The notes beneath the pieces were generated by a model. It searched no databases. It was not told where the DNA came from and saw only the letters and a program-made list of their open reading frames with translations. This document shows, in pieces, positions 45,154 through 55,186 of a DNA stretch of 64,000 bases (position 1 is its first letter; each line of letters begins with the position of its first letter). Made by a program: the position numbers and the translations under genes. This stretch comes from Smithellaceae bacterium (GTDB lineage Bacteria; Desulfobacterota; Syntrophia; Syntrophales; Smithellaceae): the NCBI GenBank assembly GCA_028693285.1, contig JAQUVQ010000001.1, forward strand, positions 11,664 to 75,663. Direction: 5' to 3'.

Positions 45154-46899
45154 TTATTTTTTCTGCATCGGAAAAAACAAAGAGACTTTTGTGCCTCGTT
45201 CCGGCCGGCTTTCGATTTCCATCCTGCCGCCGTGCGCGAGCATCAGATGTTTGACGATCGACAAACCCAGGCCCGTGCCGCCCAGCTCGCGGGAGCGCGT
45301 CTTGTCCACACGGTAAAAGCGCTCTCCCAGACGCTGTATTTCCTCCGCAGGAATTCCAATGCCGGTGTCGCTGATCTTCAAAATCACCTGCTCGTCTCTT
45401 TCTTCGGCCTCCATCGTGATCCGGCCCCCCTCCGGCGTAAACTTTACGGCGTTGTCCAGCACGTTGACCAGGATCTGGCTGAGCCGGTCCCGATCCGCCT
45501 TAACGGGCCTGAGATTCTGCGGCAACCGGTTTTGCATGGTGATGGTTTTGGCCGCGGCTTTGGCATCCAGAAGGGAAACGACGTTATCCATGGCTTCCGG
45601 AAGGAAAATATCTTCGAAGCAAAAAACCACCTCCCCGAGTTCAATCCTGGACAGGGTCATCAGGTCTTCCACCAGGCGATGGAGCCGCCGGGCCTGTTTG
45701 AGCATGATGTCGGTGAACCGCTTCGCGTCCTCGGGGTTCTCCAGGGCGCCGGCCTGAAGCGTTTCCAGATAGCCGATGACGGCCGTAAGCGGCGTGCGGA
45801 TTTCATGCGTGACATTGGCCACAAAGTCCGTCCGGACGCGCTCCAGTTTTTTAAGCCGGGTCACGTCATGGAAGACGATCATGACTTTTTCTTCCCCGGG
45901 AAGCCCCTGAACTTCGGACAGGCTAACGCTCATGATCACCGTTTCGGCGATGCCCAGCGCAATTTCGCGCGAAATACTTTGCCGGGTCTGCTTAAAACCT
46001 TGAAACGCCTTCTGAAGTTCGGCGTTGCGGAAAGATTCCAGAAGCGTCTTGCCCAGAAAGTCTTCGTATTGGCCGGAAAGAATGCCGGCCAGCGCAGGGC
46101 TCAAAAATTCGATCTTTTCATCGTTGTTCAGGATCACCACGCCTTCGTTGATGCTGGTCAGCGCGGTCATCAGCTTGCTTTTTTCTTCCTGGGCCAGCCG
46201 GATCTTGTCCTTGAGCTCCTCCACCAGATAGTTGATGTTATCCGCCAGCGTCCGGGTTTCATCGGACGTCCTGATCATGATGGAGCCGACGGGCTGCCCC
46301 TTGCGCAGCCGCTGCGTAAATTCCTCCATCGACCGGATGGGGGCGGCCAGCCGGTAGGAAAAAAACAGGGCGGCGATCAGAGACACCAGCGCGCCGATCA
46401 GCATGGCCAGGAAGATGGACCGATAAACTTGTTCAACCGCGCTCTGGACATCGTGAAGCGGACGAGCCAATCGGACATAGCCGCCGATTTTCGGCCCGTT
46501 TTTGAGGACCACAGCCACGTAAAGCATGTTCACGCCCAGCGTGTTGCTGTATCGGACGGATTTACCGACACCCTTCAATCTGGCTTCCTGAATTTCCGGA
46601 CGAAACAGGTGGTTTTCCAGTCCGGCGATCGCCTTCTCTGAATCGGCAAAAACAACGCCGCGCTCGTTCACGAGCGTCACGCGGGACTTGGATATTTTAC
46701 TGATCTGCTGAAGATGCGCGGACATGGCCTTGGGGGCGCTCAGATCCACCAGTTCGGCGTAATGCATCAACTCCTGTTCGATTCCGGCCGTCATAATTTT
46801 GGAAAGCTGATCTTTTACCAGCAGATGCAGGACAAAGAACGACACGCTGATGATCACCAGATAGGAAAATAATATTTTGAGGAATAAATTGCGCTTCAC
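45154..46899 (-). CDS. phoR: phosphate regulon sensor histidine kinase PhoR-like
   Basis: 581 aa, GTG start after a GGAGG SD. Two TM segments, HAMP/PAS region, H-box FVANVTHEIRTPLT, and N, G1 and G2 boxes (LDNAVKFTP, DTGIGI, GGTGLGLSIV). Last gene of the pho/pst cluster. Confidence 0.85.
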   Translation of the reverse strand: MKRNLFLKILFSYLVIISVSFFVLHLLVKDQLSKIMTAGIEQELMHYAELVDLSAPKAMSAHLQQISKISKSRVTLVNERGVVFADSEKAIAGLENHLFRPEIQEARLKGVGKSVRYSNTLGVNMLYVAVVLKNGPKIGGYVRLARPLHDVQSAVEQVYRSIFLAMLIGALVSLIAALFFSYRLAAPIRSMEEFTQRLRKGQPVGSIMIRTSDETRTLADNINYLVEELKDKIRLAQEEKSKLMTALTSINEGVVILNNDEKIEFLSPALAGILSGQYEDFLGKTLLESFRNAELQKAFQGFKQTRQSISREIALGIAETVIMSVSLSEVQGLPGEEKVMIVFHDVTRLKKLERVRTDFVANVTHEIRTPLTAVIGYLETLQAGALENPEDAKRFTDIMLKQARRLHRLVEDLMTLSRIELGEVVFCFEDIFLPEAMDNVVSLLDAKAAAKTITMQNRLPQNLRPVKADRDRLSQILVNVLDNAVKFTPEGGRITMEAEERDEQVILKISDTGIGIPAEEIQRLGERFYRVDKTRSRELGGTGLGLSIVKHLMLAHGGRMEIESRPERGTKVSLFFPMQKK

Positions 46900-46908
46900 A
46901 CGGCCTCC

Positions 46909-47595
46909 TCAGGTCGTCCCACCGCAGGATTGATGGCGCACGCAGGTGCCCGTCACCATATAGGTCACCATGTCGGCAATGCCCTTGGCATGATCGGCGA
47001 TCCGTTCCATGTTCTTGGAAACCTGCATCACCATCAGAGCCCGATGAATGTTTTTGGAATCCTCCATCATGAAGGTCAGCAGCTCGCGGAAAATCTGCTC
47101 GTTCAGATCGTCGATCACCTGTTCCAGCCGACGGACCTTCTCCGCCTTCTCCAGGTCTCCGGCAATAAAGCTGTCCAGGGAATCCCTGATCATCTCGCCG
47201 ACCAGCTCGGACATGCGCGGCAGATCAATGTAAGGCTTGAGCTGCGGCTCTTCGTTGAGCCGCATGACCTTTTCGGCAATGTTCACGGCCATATCCCCGA
47301 TGCGCTCCAAATGGCCGGTAATCTTGATGGCGGTTGTGATGAAACGCAAGTCAATGGCCGTAGGCTGGCGAAGCGCCAGAATCTTGATGCAGCGCTCTTC
47401 CAGTTCGGTGTCCAGGCGGTCTATTTCATCATCCTCCCGGACGACCTGATGGGCAAGCTGCGTGTCGCGGCCGGACAGAGACTTCATCGCCTTGCGGATC
47501 GCCGTCTCGGTCAGCGCGCCCAGATAGATCAGGCCGTCCTTGATCGCCTGCAGCTCCTTTTCATAATGCAAGCTGGTGTGTCGTTTTTCTTCCAT
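46909..47595 (-). CDS. phoU: phosphate signalling complex protein PhoU
   Basis: 228 aa. Two PhoU repeats, each with an ERIGD-type motif (LERIGDMAVNIAE, MERIADHAKGIAD). Confidence 0.92.
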   Translation of the reverse strand: MEEKRHTSLHYEKELQAIKDGLIYLGALTETAIRKAMKSLSGRDTQLAHQVVREDDEIDRLDTELEERCIKILALRQPTAIDLRFITTAIKITGHLERIGDMAVNIAEKVMRLNEEPQLKPYIDLPRMSELVGEMIRDSLDSFIAGDLEKAEKVRRLEQVIDDLNEQIFRELLTFMMEDSKNIHRALMVMQVSKNMERIADHAKGIADMVTYMVTGTCVRHQSCGGTT

Positions 47596-47606
47596 TTCAT
47601 CCTCCA

Positions 47607-47634
47607 GCAGGGAACGGTTTAAAACCGTCCCTGC
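47607..47634 (-). other. stable RNA hairpin immediately 5' of the phoU Shine-Dalgarno
   Basis: The minus strand reads GCAGGGACGG-UUUUAAA-CCGU(U)CCCUGC: 10 bp with one bulged base. It ends one nt before the GGAGGA SD of phoU. Confidence 0.6.
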
Positions 47635-47797
47635 AAATCATTTTAAAGACACGGCTTTGCAAAATACCCTAAAGGGCACGCGAGGTTTAGCTGCAAGGCG
47701 CGCAAATTTCGAGGAATGAGGCGTATAGCTTCATACGCCGCAGTGACGCAGAATGCAGCGCAACGCAGCAGATAAGCCTTTTTCCAAAGTCGTTCAA

Positions 47798-48559
47798 TCA
47801 TCCGAAGCGCCCCGTAATGTAGTCCTCCGTCTGTTTGACGTCCGGCTTGGTAAAGATTTTCTCCGTTTTGTTGTATTCAATCAAATTCCCCAGATAAAAG
47901 AAAGCGGTTTCATCCGAGACGCGGGCGGCCTGCTGCATGTTGTGCGTAACGATGATGATGGTGTATTTTTCTTTTAACTCCTCGATCAGTTCTTCAATCT
48001 TGGCGGTGGAAATGGGATCCAGCGCCGAGGTCGGCTCGTCCATCAGCAAAATGTCCGGCTTCATCGCCAGCGCCCGCGCGATGCACAGGCGCTGCTGCTG
48101 CCCGCCGGAGAGATTCATGGCGGATTTGTTGAGGATATCCTTCACCTCATCCCACAGCACCGCCTGTCTCAGGCTCTGTTCCACCAGGGCGTCCATATCC
48201 ACGTTGGGAATGCCGGTGGTGAGCCTGGGACCATAGGAGATATTGTTGTAGATGGTTTTGGGAAACGGATTGGGTTTCTGAAAAACCATGCCGATCTTGC
48301 GGCGGATTTCCACCGGATCGACGTCCGGAGCGTAGATGTTCCGTCCTTCAAACAGAATTTCCCCTTCCACCCTCGTTGCGTCAATCAATTCGTTCATCCG
48401 GTTCAACAGCCGCAAGAGCGTTGACTTGCCGCATCCGGACGGTCCGATGAGCGCCGTGACCTTGTTTTTTTGAAACGTCATGGAAATGTCCGTGAGCGCC
48501 CGCACAACCCCGTAGTAAAAGTTCACCTGATGAACGGAAAGGATGACATTGGATTCCAT
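47798..48559 (-). CDS. pstB: phosphate ABC transporter ATP-binding protein PstB
   Basis: Walker [10 protein letters not shown], signature [14 protein letters not shown], Walker [14 protein letters not shown]-terminal ITGRFG. ATG 48559 is preceded by an AAGGTGG SD and lies 2 nt after the pstA stop. Confidence 0.95.
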   Translation of the reverse strand: MESNVILSVHQVNFYYGVVRALTDISMTFQKNKVTALIGPSGCGKSTLLRLLNRMNELIDATRVEGEILFEGRNIYAPDVDPVEIRRKIGMVFQKPNPFPKTIYNNISYGPRLTTGIPNVDMDALVEQSLRQAVLWDEVKDILNKSAMNLSGGQQQRLCIARALAMKPDILLMDEPTSALDPISTAKIEELIEELKEKYTIIIVTHNMQQAARVSDETAFFYLGNLIEYNKTEKIFTKPDVKQTEDYITGRFG

Positions 48560-48561
48560 GG

Positions 48562-49446
48562 CTACCACCTTTTATTTTTTCTCATAGACGCGCGGATCAA
48601 TATGGCGATCAAGTCAATGCCCAGAACCACCGCGACCAGCACCAGAACGGTGCCGAACTGGATGGGCCTTGTGGCCTCAATATTCGTCCCCGCCGTGGCC
48701 AGAACGTAAATATGATACGGCAGGGCCATCACTTCGTCAAAAACCGATCCCGGCAGTTTGGCGGTGAAATACGCGGCAGCCGTAAACATGATCGGCGCCG
48801 TTTCTCCCGCGGCCCGCCCGATGCCCAGGATGGAGCCGGTCAGAATGCCGGGGAGCGCGTTGGGCAGCACAATTTGGTAAATCGTCTGCCACTTGGACAC
48901 CCCCAGGGACAGGGAGGCTTCGCGAAAGGTCTGCGGCACCGCTTTGAGCGCCTCTTCCGATGCTCCGATAATGGTCGGCAGGATCAAAAAACCAAGCGTA
49001 AGCGACCCGGAAAGAATACTCGAGCCAAACTTCAGAAAAATGACGAAGAACCCCATGCCGAACAGACCGAAAACCACGGAGGGCACACCGGCCAGGCAGT
49101 TGATTCCAACTTTGATGAGCCGAATCACACGGCCCTGCCTGGCATATTCCGTCAGGTAAACGGCCGAGGCGATGCCCAGCGGGAGGCCAATGGCAATCGC
49201 GCCGATCGTCAGATAAATCGTGCCCAGAATGGCGGGCATGATGCCGCCCTTCGTCATCGCATCCGTTGGTCTTTGGGTGATGAAATCCCAGCTGATCACG
49301 GAGATGCCGTTTGCCAGAATATACAAAAGAATGCCGCCCAGCGCGAGTGTAATGATGAGCGCCGACGCGCGCACCAGCGCAAAGAAAACGGATTGTTTAA
49401 AGTAGCGCCAGCGCATCGAAGGGTATTTCAGCATCTTCATGAACAT
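48562..49446 (-). CDS. pstA: phosphate ABC transporter permease PstA
   Basis: EAA-type permease motif ([29 protein letters not shown]). Start at ATG 49446, just after the pstC stop (49451). Confidence 0.9.
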   Translation of the reverse strand: MFMKMLKYPSMRWRYFKQSVFFALVRASALIITLALGGILLYILANGISVISWDFITQRPTDAMTKGGIMPAILGTIYLTIGAIAIGLPLGIASAVYLTEYARQGRVIRLIKVGINCLAGVPSVVFGLFGMGFFVIFLKFGSSILSGSLTLGFLILPTIIGASEEALKAVPQTFREASLSLGVSKWQTIYQIVLPNALPGILTGSILGIGRAAGETAPIMFTAAAYFTAKLPGSVFDEVMALPYHIYVLATAGTNIEATRPIQFGTVLVLVAVVLGIDLIAILIRASMRKNKRW

Positions 49447-49450
49447 TTCC

Positions 49451-50338
49451 TTACAGCGTCGCGGAACCGGTCTGACGGAACTTGTGTGAGACGTAATCGG
49501 CAATCAGGTTAAACGCCAGCGTAAGAAAGAACAGCACCATGCCGATGGCGAAAAGCGCCTGGTAGTGCGCGCTGCCGTAGGGCGTCTCCCCCATCTCCGC
49601 GGCGATGGAGGCCGGCATCGGACGAACCGGGTCAAACAGACTCTCCGGAATCGCCGCCGCGCCGCCCGCCACCATCAAAACAACCATCGTCTCGCCAATC
49701 GCCCGGGCCATGCCCAGCATGACCGCCGTGGAAATCCCGGAGAGAGCGGAAGGCACAATCACCATGACAATCGTTTCGAATTTTGTCGCCCCCAGTGCGT
49801 AGGAGGCCTCCTTGAATTCGCGGGGAACGGCGTAGAGCGCGTCTTCGGAAATGCTGGAAATCGTGGGAATCGCCATGATCGCCAGAATGACGGAGGCGTT
49901 GATAATATTGAGACCCGTGGGAAGATCAAAGGTTTCCTGAAGCCAGGGCGCGACGATGACCATGCCGAAAAATCCCAGCACGACGGAGGGCAATCCGGCC
50001 AGCAGTTCAATGACGGATTTGAGGATTTCCTTGATGCGCTGCGGCGCGATTTCCGAGATATAGATGGCCGCCATCACACCCAGCGGCACGGCGATTACCG
50101 TGGAGATCAGCGTCACGATGAGCGAACCGACAACCAGCGGAAAGATTCCAAAGGAGGGCGGGTCGTAGGTGGGATACCATTCGATCCCGAAAATAAAATC
50201 CTTCACCGACACTTCGCGGAAAAGCGGCAGACCTTCCCGGAAAAGCGAAAAGACAATCAGCCCCAGAACAATCACCGAAACCAGGGCAAAAAGTAAGAAG
50301 ATATATTTAATGATGATTTCTTTGGTATGACGAGTCAT
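49451..50338 (-). CDS. pstC: phosphate ABC transporter permease PstC
   Basis: 295 aa, six TM segments, EASYALGATKFETIVMVIVPSALSGISTA motif. Confidence 0.9.
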   Translation of the reverse strand: MTRHTKEIIIKYIFLLFALVSVIVLGLIVFSLFREGLPLFREVSVKDFIFGIEWYPTYDPPSFGIFPLVVGSLIVTLISTVIAVPLGVMAAIYISEIAPQRIKEILKSVIELLAGLPSVVLGFFGMVIVAPWLQETFDLPTGLNIINASVILAIMAIPTISSISEDALYAVPREFKEASYALGATKFETIVMVIVPSALSGISTAVMLGMARAIGETMVVLMVAGGAAAIPESLFDPVRPMPASIAAEMGETPYGSAHYQALFAIGMVLFFLTLAFNLIADYVSHKFRQTGSATL

Positions 50339-50451
50339 GCTGTCCCGAGCGTCTGCCGTTGGCTTGCTTCACGGTTTTACAACAATAAGTTTCGCTGCGA
50401 TTGACGAACAGCCCGTCACACCGCAATGAAACTCTTTGAATCTCGCGGGTA

Positions 50452-51303
50452 TTATTTTTTCTTCCCGGTCCTCTTCACTTCAACAAACGGAACAAAACCT
50501 TCTTTCGCAACAATTTTCTGACCGGCAGGGGATTTCACAAAGGCAATGTATTTCGCCACGGCTCCTCCCGGCTTGCCGTTTACGTACATGTAAAGTTCAC
50601 GGGACATGGGATATTCCCTGGACATGGCCGTCTGAAGAGAAGCCGTGATCCCGTTCACCTGAAGGGGCTTGACGCTTTTATTGAGATACCCGATGCCCAG
50701 GTAGGCAATCGCATACCGGTTTTTGGACACCGCGGTGACCAGCGCGCCGTTGGAGGCCAGCATCTGAGCCCTCGGCGTGACTTTTGCCTTCTTCATGACA
50801 AAATGGTCCCAGGATTCGAACGTGCCGGAAGAAGAATCGCGCGAGATCACGACGATCTTCAAATCATCGCCTCCGACTTCCTTCCAGTTTTTGATTTTGC
50901 CCTGATAAATCTGGCTGAGCTGGTCAACGGTCAGATTCTGAACTTTATTTTTGGGGTGCACAACGGGAATGATCGCATCATAGGCCACCACGTGAGCCAA
51001 CGGATTGATTCCCTTGGACTGTGCCAGCTTGATTTCCTTGTCCTTGATTTCACGAGATGAGGTGGCAATGTCGGTGGTATTGTCGATCAGGGCCTTGATG
51101 CCTTCGCCGGATCCGCCGCCGGAAAGGGACATCTGCACGCCGGGATTGGCTTTCATGAAAGCTTCCAGCGTCGCCTGCGCTACCGGCAAAACCGTGGTCG
51201 ATCCCTTGATGACAATCGAATCGGCGGCAAAAGACACACCGCCGACCAGCAAGAACGCGATGGTGAAAATCGTTGATTTTCGCAAGATGCCAAACATGGA
51301 CAT
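50452..51303 (-). CDS. pstS: phosphate ABC transporter substrate-binding protein PstS
   Basis: 283 aa. Signal peptide, GSTTVLP and SGGGSGEGIKAL phosphate-binding motifs. Confidence 0.9.
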   Translation of the reverse strand: MSMFGILRKSTIFTIAFLLVGGVSFAADSIVIKGSTTVLPVAQATLEAFMKANPGVQMSLSGGGSGEGIKALIDNTTDIATSSREIKDKEIKLAQSKGINPLAHVVAYDAIIPVVHPKNKVQNLTVDQLSQIYQGKIKNWKEVGGDDLKIVVISRDSSSGTFESWDHFVMKKAKVTPRAQMLASNGALVTAVSKNRYAIAYLGIGYLNKSVKPLQVNGITASLQTAMSREYPMSRELYMYVNGKPGGAVAKYIAFVKSPAGQKIVAKEGFVPFVEVKRTGKKK

Positions 51304-51354
51304 TTCCTCCTGTTTTTTTAATTGGCGAATCTTATACAGGATGAATGTTACAGT

Positions 51355-51383
51355 TTGATGACGTGTTGATGAACTTGTGAAAA
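51355..51383 (-). promoter_or_regulatory. Pho-box-like direct repeats upstream of pstS
   Basis: The minus strand reads TTTTCAC aagt TCATCAA cacg TCATCAA actg TAACATT: 7-nt units at an exact 11-bp period. A TATAAG -10 candidate follows at 51336-51331. Confidence 0.5.
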
Positions 51384-51426
51384 CAATGCAGCGAAAGAAG
51401 CGGGGATTTAAAAAGACGGCGAATTA

Positions 51427-52125
51427 CTATCGTATATCTGCGAATTTGTAGCCGAATCCACGAACGGTTAGAATGTATTGCGGTTTTTCCATGTTTTCTT
51501 CAATCGAGCTGCGCAGGCGGCGGATATGGACGTCCACGGCACGATCGGTGATAAACGTGTTGTCGCCCCAGACATGCGTAAGAATCTGATCCCGTGAATA
51601 TACGCGGCCGGGACTGCGCGACAAAAAGAAAAGCAGTTTGAGTTCAGTAGGACTCAAAGCCGCCGGCTTGCCTTCCACCCGCACCCGGCAGGATGCGTAA
51701 TCGATGGACAGACCCTGAAATTCAAAGCGCTCTTCAGCGGAAAGTTTTTTCCCCTCCTGAACTCTCCTCAGAACGGTTCTGACGCGGGCCACCAGTTCCT
51801 TGACGCTGAAGGGTTTGGTCATGTAGTCGTCCGCGCCCAGTTCCAGGCCGATAATCTTATCCGTCTCATCGGCTTTCGCCGTGAGCATGATCATGGGCAG
51901 TGATGAAGTCTCCGGATTGGCGCGAATCTTCTTGCAAACGTCCAGACCGCCGACCCCGGGCAGCATCAAATCCAGAATCAGCAAATCCGGTTTTTCGGAC
52001 CTGACTTTGGCAAGCGCCGTTTCGCCGTCAAAGGCTTTTACCACGGCGAATCCCTCTCGCTCCAGATTATAGGACACCAGATCCGCGATGTCTTTTTCAT
52101 CGTCAACAACGAGAATTTTGGCCAT
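51427..52125 (-). CDS. phoB: phosphate regulon response regulator PhoB (OmpR family)
   Basis: MAKILVVDDEKDI..., receiver Asp in LLILDLMLPG, OmpR-type winged helix (LTHVWGDNTFITDRAVDVHIRRLR). Start taken at ATG 52125. Confidence 0.9.
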   Translation of the reverse strand: MAKILVVDDEKDIADLVSYNLEREGFAVVKAFDGETALAKVRSEKPDLLILDLMLPGVGGLDVCKKIRANPETSSLPMIMLTAKADETDKIIGLELGADDYMTKPFSVKELVARVRTVLRRVQEGKKLSAEERFEFQGLSIDYASCRVRVEGKPAALSPTELKLLFFLSRSPGRVYSRDQILTHVWGDNTFITDRAVDVHIRRLRSSIEENMEKPQYILTVRGFGYKFADIR

Positions 52126-52215
52126 TTGCAAAGACTGTCACGGCATGAATGGACAGCAATCCGCATCGCCTGCATTAAAAATAAACGCCGGCTTCGATTA
52201 AACGCTTACCGGGGG

Positions 52216-52476
52216 TTAGTCGGGAAGAATTTTAAAAACTTCATCTCCGGGACGAACACGGTCCGAGACTTTCAGGCCGATGGAATCGCCCGCCACGGCT
52301 TTCTGCACCGGCTTGTTGTCCACTTCCATGGACTGGACTACTTCGGTAAATTCCGTCGTATGGCCGGAAAATTTTATGCTGTCGCCGACCTGCAATTCGC
52401 CCTCCGAAAGATGGACTGCCGCCACCGAAGGCTTCGCAAAAAACTTGAGCACTTCGCCGATTTTCTTTTCTGCCAT
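52216..52476 (-). CDS. small stand-alone EF-Tu domain-2-like beta-barrel protein (86 aa)
   Basis: MAEKKIGEVLKFFAKPSVAAVHLSEGELQVGDSIKFSGHTTEFTEVVQSMEVDNKPVQKAVAGDSIGLKVSDRVRPGDEVFKI follows the G-x-hydrophobic-x-V-G-D ... AGD-x-hydrophobic-G ... GD pattern of translation-GTPase domain II. ATG 52476 is preceded by an AAGGAGGA SD. Confidence 0.6.
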   Translation of the reverse strand: MAEKKIGEVLKFFAKPSVAAVHLSEGELQVGDSIKFSGHTTEFTEVVQSMEVDNKPVQKAVAGDSIGLKVSDRVRPGDEVFKILPD

Positions 52477-52538
52477 CTCGATTCCTCCTTTGCAGTAGTT
52501 GCCCATAAATACCTTGATCGATTTGAAAAAACAACCAC

Positions 52539-52566
52539 AAAAAAAAGGCAGGGCGCGCGCCCTGCC
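52539..52566 (-). terminator. strong rho-independent terminator after rplQ (end of alpha operon)
   Basis: Perfect 20-nt palindrome GGCAGGGCGCGCGCCCTGCC (52547-52566), followed on the minus strand by U8 (plus-strand A8 at 52539-52546). Confidence 0.85.
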
Positions 52567-52588
52567 TTTTATGATTCAGTTTTATTGG

Positions 52589-52993
52589 CTATTCAGCCTT
52601 TTTTGCCTTCTTCGGCTTTGCCTTTTCTTTCTTGTTCTCATCCGGAATATATTCCAGAATGGAAACCGGCGCGTTGTCGCCAAAGCGGTAGCCGACTTTG
52701 ACGATCCGGGTGTAGCCGCCCGCCCGATTGCGGAAGCGCTCGGCCAGCTCGCCGAAAAGCTTGGCGACCATCTCTTTATCCCGAACCACCGACAGTGCCT
52801 GCCGGCGCGCGTGCAGATCGCCTCTTTTTCCGAGCGTAATCATACGATCCGCCAGCTTGCGCACTTCCTTGGCCGTCGCATCGGTTGTCCGGATGCTTTC
52901 ATGCCTGATGATCGATGTCACCATATTGCGAAACATGGCTTCCCGATGGCTGGACGATCGTCCCAGTTTTCTGCCCGCCTTACCGTGATACAT
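52589..52993 (-). CDS. rplQ: 50S ribosomal protein L17
   Basis: [31 protein letters not shown]. Confidence 0.95.
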   Translation of the reverse strand: MYHGKAGRKLGRSSSHREAMFRNMVTSIIRHESIRTTDATAKEVRKLADRMITLGKRGDLHARRQALSVVRDKEMVAKLFGELAERFRNRAGGYTRIVKVGYRFGDNAPVSILEYIPDENKKEKAKPKKAKKAE

Positions 52994-53071
52994 GGTTACT
53001 TTATCCTTTCCTGACCGTCCCCTGATGAATCCATCATCAAACGCCGTCCCGCGTTCCGGTCGGTTTCCTTT

Positions 53072-54043
53072 TTAAGCATTTTCATCCGGCTTCATGCCGA
53101 AGGCAAGGCCGTATTCGTTGAGAATATCCTTGATTTCACTCAGGGACTTGCGTCCGAAATTCTTGGTTTTGAGCATTTCCGCCTCGGTCTTCTGAACCAG
53201 CTCCCCGATCGTGTTGATCCCCGCGTTTTTCAGGCAGTTGGCCGAACGCACGGAGAGTTCCAGGTCTTCCACCGACCGCATGAGGATTTCATTGACGTTG
53301 CCGCCGGGAGACTCCTGTTCCGGAGCGGCATCTTCCTCGACTTCCTCAAAATTGATGAACACATCCAGCTGCTGCTTCAGAATCTTGGCCGAATACGCGA
53401 TGGCATCGCCCGGGTTCAGGCTTCCATCCGTCCAGACTTCCAGCACCAGCTTGTCGTAATCCGTGATCTGTCCGACGCGGGCGTGAGATACCACGTAGTT
53501 GACTTTCTTGATCGGCGAAAAAATGGCGTCGATATTGATGGTGCCTTCCGGCTGATCGGGTTCCAGCTCTTTTTTCGCGGCAATGTAGCCTTTGCCCATT
53601 TTCACGACCATTTCGGCTTTCAGCGAACCGCCGCCGGACAGCGTGGCGATATAGTGATCGGGATTCAGGACCTCGATCGCTCCGTCCGTAATGATGTCGC
53701 CGGCGGTAATGACGCCGTGGCTGGTCACGTTGAATTTTACAACTTTCGTGTCCGCCGAACCCATCTTGAAGCGGACGCCCTTCAGGTTCAAAATCACGTC
53801 CGTGACGTCTTCCTTGACGCCGGGAATCGTGGAAAACTCGTGCAAAACACCGTCGATCTTGACGGATGTGATGGCCGCTCCCTGAATAGACGACAACAGA
53901 ACCCTTCTCAACGCGTTGCCCAGTGTGATTCCAAATCCTCTTTCCAGAGGTTGAATGGTAAATTCTCCATAGAACCGCGTATGCGTGGCTTCATCAACGT
54001 CTACACGTTTGGGACGAATTAAACTCGACCAGTTTCTCTGCAT
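53072..54043 (-). CDS. rpoA: DNA-directed RNA polymerase subunit alpha
   Basis: [39 protein letters not shown] and the C-terminal-domain motif [25 protein letters not shown] 54043 lies 7 nt after an AAGGGTGGG SD. Confidence 0.95.
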   Translation of the reverse strand: MQRNWSSLIRPKRVDVDEATHTRFYGEFTIQPLERGFGITLGNALRRVLLSSIQGAAITSVKIDGVLHEFSTIPGVKEDVTDVILNLKGVRFKMGSADTKVVKFNVTSHGVITAGDIITDGAIEVLNPDHYIATLSGGGSLKAEMVVKMGKGYIAAKKELEPDQPEGTINIDAIFSPIKKVNYVVSHARVGQITDYDKLVLEVWTDGSLNPGDAIAYSAKILKQQLDVFINFEEVEEDAAPEQESPGGNVNEILMRSVEDLELSVRSANCLKNAGINTIGELVQKTEAEMLKTKNFGRKSLSEIKDILNEYGLAFGMKPDENA

Positions 54044-54087
54044 AATCAAACCCACCCTTAAGTTGATTTATTCAATCTGTTGGCGGT

Positions 54088-54717
54088 TTACTTTGAATAA
54101 AGCTCTACCACAAGCTGTTCCTGCACCGGCATCGTCAGATCCTCGCGGACCGGCAGCATCTTGATGGTCGCTTTAAAATTGTCTTTGTCCAATCCCAGCC
54201 AATTCGGCACACCGCGCCGGGCAACGGTTTCCATGGCCTCCAGAATCCGGTTGATCTTCCGGGAGCCTTCCTTGACGGTTACCTCGTCGCCTGCCTTAAG
54301 CAAATAGGACGGGATGTTCACCGCTTTCCCGTTCACCAGAAAATGACCGTGGCTGATGAGCTGCCGCGCTTCGATTCGGGAATTGGCAAACCCCAGGCGG
54401 AAAATCATGTTGTCCAGCCTGCGCTCCAGAAGCACCAGCAAATTCGTGCCTGTAATGCCCTTTTGGCGGTCCGCCTTTTCAAAGTAGCCGTGGAACTGCT
54501 TTTCCAGAAGCCCGTACATTCTTTTGAGCTTCTGCTTTTCGCGCAACTGGGTGCCGTAGTCCGACTGCTGTTTCTTGTGGGACTGGCCATGATCTCCCGG
54601 AGCGTAGCCTCTTCGTTCAAAGGAACATTTCTCCGAATAACACCGATCGCCCTTCAAAAAAAGCTTCAAGCCTTCACGACGGCACAAACGACATGAGGAA
54701 TCCGTATATCTTGCCAA
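54088..54717 (-). CDS. rpsD: 30S ribosomal protein S4
   Basis: [26 protein letters not shown]... Confidence 0.95.
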   Translation of the reverse strand: MARYTDSSCRLCRREGLKLFLKGDRCYSEKCSFERRGYAPGDHGQSHKKQQSDYGTQLREKQKLKRMYGLLEKQFHGYFEKADRQKGITGTNLLVLLERRLDNMIFRLGFANSRIEARQLISHGHFLVNGKAVNIPSYLLKAGDEVTVKEGSRKINRILEAMETVARRGVPNWLGLDKDNFKATIKMLPVREDLTMPVQEQLVVELYSK

Positions 54718-54766
54718 AAAAGCCTCCCTTTACTCTTTACTCTTCTGAATATTCTTGAATAAAATC

Positions 54767-55159
54767 TTATACCCTTCGCCGCTTCGGCGGCCTGCAGCCG
54801 TTGTGCGGAACAGGGGTAACGTCGCGAATCATCGTAATGGTCAATCCGGCCAGCTGCAGCGACCGCAGCGCGGATTCCCGTCCGGCGCCCGGACCTTTGA
54901 TATAAACCTGGACGCGGCGCATGCCCTGATCCTTGGCTTTGCGAACCGCGTCTTCCGCCGCCATCTGCGCGGCAAACGGCGTGCTCTTGCGCGAACCCTT
55001 GAAGCCCTGCAGCCCCGCCGAGGACCAGGAGATCACGTTGCCGGTCATGTCCGTAATCGTGATGATCGTATTATTGAAAGTGGATTGTATATGGGCAACC
55101 CCTTCCGTAATATTTTTCTTTTCTTTTTTCTTTCCCGTTTTTCTGACTGCTTTCGCCAT
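54767..55159 (-). CDS. rpsK: 30S ribosomal protein S11
   Basis: [18 protein letters not shown]...[13 protein letters not shown]. Confidence 0.95.
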   Translation of the reverse strand: MAKAVRKTGKKKEKKNITEGVAHIQSTFNNTIITITDMTGNVISWSSAGLQGFKGSRKSTPFAAQMAAEDAVRKAKDQGMRRVQVYIKGPGAGRESALRSLQLAGLTITMIRDVTPVPHNGCRPPKRRRV

Positions 55160-55186
55160 GGTTCCTCCGGTCGAAAATGTGTTGCG

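Noticed and set aside
52132-52160. CTGTCAC ... GACAG near the phoB start, considered as a Pho box.
   Set aside because: The two halves are inverted rather than direct repeats. They also lie only about 10-30 nt from the start codon, which is too close to serve as a -35-replacing activator site.
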